Shown here piece by piece: positions 30,163-32,000 of a DNA stretch of 32,000 bases (positions are counted from its first letter, which is position 1; every line of letters begins with the position of its first letter). The notes below the pieces were generated by a model. The model did no database searches. It saw nothing but the letters and a program-made list of their open reading frames with translations, and was not told the origin of the DNA. The DNA is from an uncultured Clostridia bacterium (GTDB taxonomy: Bacteria; Bacillota; Clostridia; TANB77; RGIG9151): the NCBI GenBank assembly GCA_934500865.1, contig CAKSUD010000009.1, positions 1,966 to 33,965 on the forward strand, in the 5' to 3' direction. Both the position numbers and the translations under genes were made by a program.

Positions 30163-30180
30163 GAAATTCCGCCGAATTTC
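30163..30180. repeat. Perfect 7-4-7 palindrome
   Basis: GAAATTC cgcc GAATTTC. Confidence 0.6.
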
Positions 30181-30411
30181 CACCCAAATTGGCGAAAAGT
30201 AGCAAAATAAAGCATAAAAAACAAGCAGATTAAATTTTGTGAAAACGTGAATATTACAGAAATATTTCAATTTATTTAAAATACAAAAAAGTGCTAATGA
30301 AATAGAAAATGTTTCCGATATATTGAGAGTAAATGTTAGAAAATACTGTTAGAGCTTATTTCTAAAAGATTTCTACAAAATTACAATTATGTTACACTTT
30401 ACGGAAACCTA

Positions 30412-30441
30412 TTGACCTAGAACGTAGGGTGGTAATATAAT
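30412..30441 (+). promoter_or_regulatory. SigA-type promoter of the S-layer protein gene
   Basis: TTGACC (30412-30417), 18-nt spacer, TATAAT (30436-30441). This predicts a ~145-nt 5' UTR. Confidence 0.6.
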
Positions 30442-30486
30442 GGCTATGGTTGAAATGGGAAACAATATTTCCTTTTCAATATAAGC

Positions 30487-30528
30487 AGTTAGGTTACTAC
30501 ATAAGAAGGAAGAAAGGCTAACCTAACT
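30487..30528 (+). other. 5' UTR stem-loop of the S-layer mRNA
   Basis: Perfect 10-bp stem AGUUAGGUUA / UAACCUAACU with a 22-nt purine-rich loop, ~60 nt upstream of the AAGGAGG SD. Confidence 0.5.
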
Positions 30529-30590
30529 ATTAAAAATCAAACAAATTGCCTTTCTTTCAAAAAATAATTTTATAAGGAGGAGTTTTTCGT

Positions 30591-32000
30591 ATGAAGAGCT
30601 TAAAGAAAACATTAGTACTTCTTGTTGTTTTCTCAATGATCCTTTCTACATTAGTTCCTGTATTCGCAGCAACTGACGTTGACGGATTAGATTGTGAAGA
30701 TCAAGTAACAAGAATGGAAGCTCTTGGAATCATCAAAGGTTTTGAAGATGGAACATTCAGACCTACTGAAACAATCACAAGAGCACAAATGGCAGTAATT
30801 ATTTGTAAAATGACAGGCGTTACAGACGCTATCGCAAACGCTAACAAGAACGTTGATTCTAAGTTTAGCGATGTAAAGGCTGGAGAATGGTACACAGGAT
30901 ATGTTAATATCGCTTCTAACAACGGTATTATCACAGGTTTCCCTGATGGAACATTTAGACCAAACGAAACATTAACACTTAACCAAGTATTAACACTTTG
31001 TGTTAAAGCTTTAGGAAGAGGCGGATATGTTGACAAAATGGGAACATGGCCTGCTAACTACATTGCAGAAGCAGCTAGATTAAACCTATTAAAGGATGTT
31101 AAGGGTGCTTCTGATGCTAACAGAGGAAATGTAGCAGTTATCTGCTGGAACACATTAAACGCAGCAACATGGTATGTTGATTCTGAAAAGTTAGACGGTG
31201 AAGTTGTTTTAGGAAAAGACAGCAAGACATTATTAGCAATTAATTTTGCTGATTTCACAACAACAAACGATACTTTCAAAGAAATTGAAGATATCGACAT
31301 CACAAAAACAAATATTGATGATAGACAATTAAAACTTGAGGCATCAGTTTTTGAAGATGTAGACACAATCAAATCTTTTGATTTCGCAAAAGTTCCTTCT
31401 AAAAATAAAGACGAAAAGTCATATAAAGATGGAAACACAGTTATGATTTATGTTCCAGAAGAAGTATGTGAAGACTTAGATTCTTTAAGAAACAAGACAA
31501 TCACACTTATTCTTGGTACAGACAACGAAGCAGCTTTAATCTTAGTTCAAGATGATGTTGTTGAAACAGCATTCTTAACAAAGTATGATAAAGATGCTCA
31601 CAAGATCACAATTGATGGAACAACATACAAAATCCGTATGAATGGTCAAAGTGAAGATCTTGACGTTACATTAAATGATAACGAAACAGTATACACAACT
31701 TTAGAAGCTGCTTTAACAGCTCTTAACGTTGATGACTTCAAGAAAATTGAAAAAGCTATCGAAGCTACTGTTACTTTAGATGAAGATGATAAAGTTGAAG
31801 CAATCGATATGTTAGCATCAGCTGACTTAACAGATGCTTCACAAAACAAAATTTCTGCTGAAGTATTAGTAACAAAAGTAAAAGAAACAAACAGCAAATA
31901 CACAATCTATACAACAGGTAAAAACATTACTTGGAATATAGATGATGAAGATGATTTAGATTTTCCTAAGGTATATGTTGACGGAAAGAAAGCTGATATC
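30591..32000 (+). CDS. S-layer / cell-surface protein with three N-terminal SLH repeats (3' end outside the window)
   Basis: Frame open from ATG 30591 to the window end (470 codons), so it is missing from the ORF track. AAGGAGG SD. Signal peptide MKSLKKTLVLLVVFSMILSTLVPVFA. SLH repeats (ALGIIKGFEDGTFRPTETITRAQMAVII; WYTGYVNIASNNGIITGFPDGTFRPNETLTLNQVL; WPANYIAEAARLNLL...NRGNVAVICW). Codon choice looks strongly biased, as for a highly expressed gene. The - strand ORFs at 30701-31903 are shadows of this gene. Confidence 0.9.
   Translation, partial: MKSLKKTLVLLVVFSMILSTLVPVFAATDVDGLDCEDQVTRMEALGIIKGFEDGTFRPTETITRAQMAVIICKMTGVTDAIANANKNVDSKFSDVKAGEWYTGYVNIASNNGIITGFPDGTFRPNETLTLNQVLTLCVKALGRGGYVDKMGTWPANYIAEAARLNLLKDVKGASDANRGNVAVICWNTLNAATWYVDSEKLDGEVVLGKDSKTLLAINFADFTTTNDTFKEIEDIDITKTNIDDRQLKLEASVFEDVDTIKSFDFAKVPSKNKDEKSYKDGNTVMIYVPEEVCEDLDSLRNKTITLILGTDNEAALILVQDDVVETAFLTKYDKDAHKITIDGTTYKIRMNGQSEDLDVTLNDNETVYTTLEAALTALNVDDFKKIEKAIEATVTLDEDDKVEAIDMLASADLTDASQNKISAEVLVTKVKETNSKYTIYTTGKNITWNIDDEDDLDFPKVYVDGKKADI

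Noticed and set aside
30087-30233. 48-aa + strand ORF (MDFSPLFLQLKDIVLLRQSLTKMLQRNSAEFPPKLAKSSKIKHKKQAD)
   Set aside because: It has only a weak AAGG ~11 nt upstream, its start overlaps a hairpin plus U-run, and I recognise no family. It cannot be supported as a gene without expression or conservation data.
29641-30323. 11-mer TCCGATATATT occurring twice (29642-29652 and 30313-30323)
   Set aside because: A rough estimate gives an expected count of order 0.4 for such a match in 1 kb of AT-rich sequence, so it is not distinguishable from chance.
30701-31903. Three - strand ORFs (111, 126 and 85 aa)
   Set aside because: All are antisense to the open + frame of the SLH S-layer gene (30591 to the window end), which has a signal peptide, SLH repeats and an SD. 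They are explained by that gene's codon bias.

Overview
Chromosomal window from a low-GC, endospore-forming Firmicute (Clostridia-like: spo0A, Prp-processed L27, T-box pheST, SLH-type S-layer). Every credible gene is on the + strand except one tiny ORF. Positions 29-10839 hold a tightly packed, translationally coupled monoderm Tad/Flp (type IVc) pilus operon: tadZ/cpaE-like, tadA/cpaF, tadB, tadC, flp-like prepilin, cpaB-like, then a 3xSLH cell-wall-anchored protein, a 1191-aa secreted protein of unknown function, and two TadE-like pseudopilins. Positions 10983-14715 hold an uncharacterised pair: a 250-aa coiled-coil protein and a membrane-anchored TPR / K-E-rich / RCC1-like multi-blade repeat protein. 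Positions 14.7-29.6 kb are core housekeeping: rplU-prp-rpmA, obg, VanW-domain protein, GT-C-like membrane glycosyltransferase, tandem Nudix protein, an orphan DUF4351-like mini-ORF, T-box leader-pheS-pheT-pgi, spo0A with upstream 0A-box-like motifs, and pyrG. Positions 29.6-30.6 kb are about 1 kb of non-coding DNA. It contains a candidate type I toxin-antitoxin-like module (23-aa hydrophobic peptide, convergent short transcript, shared bidirectional terminator) and a dense cluster of unrelated perfect palindromes and hairpins. It is followed by a strong promoter, a long structured 5' UTR and the 5' part of an SLH S-layer protein gene that runs off the window. I found no tRNA, rRNA, CRISPR array or transposase. 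The best candidates for something undescribed are the SLH plus giant secreted protein pair inside the Tad operon, the coiled-coil plus RCC1-like pair, and the small peptide / antisense module after pyrG. All calls come from reading the sequence and the supplied translations by eye. No searches or folding programs were run.
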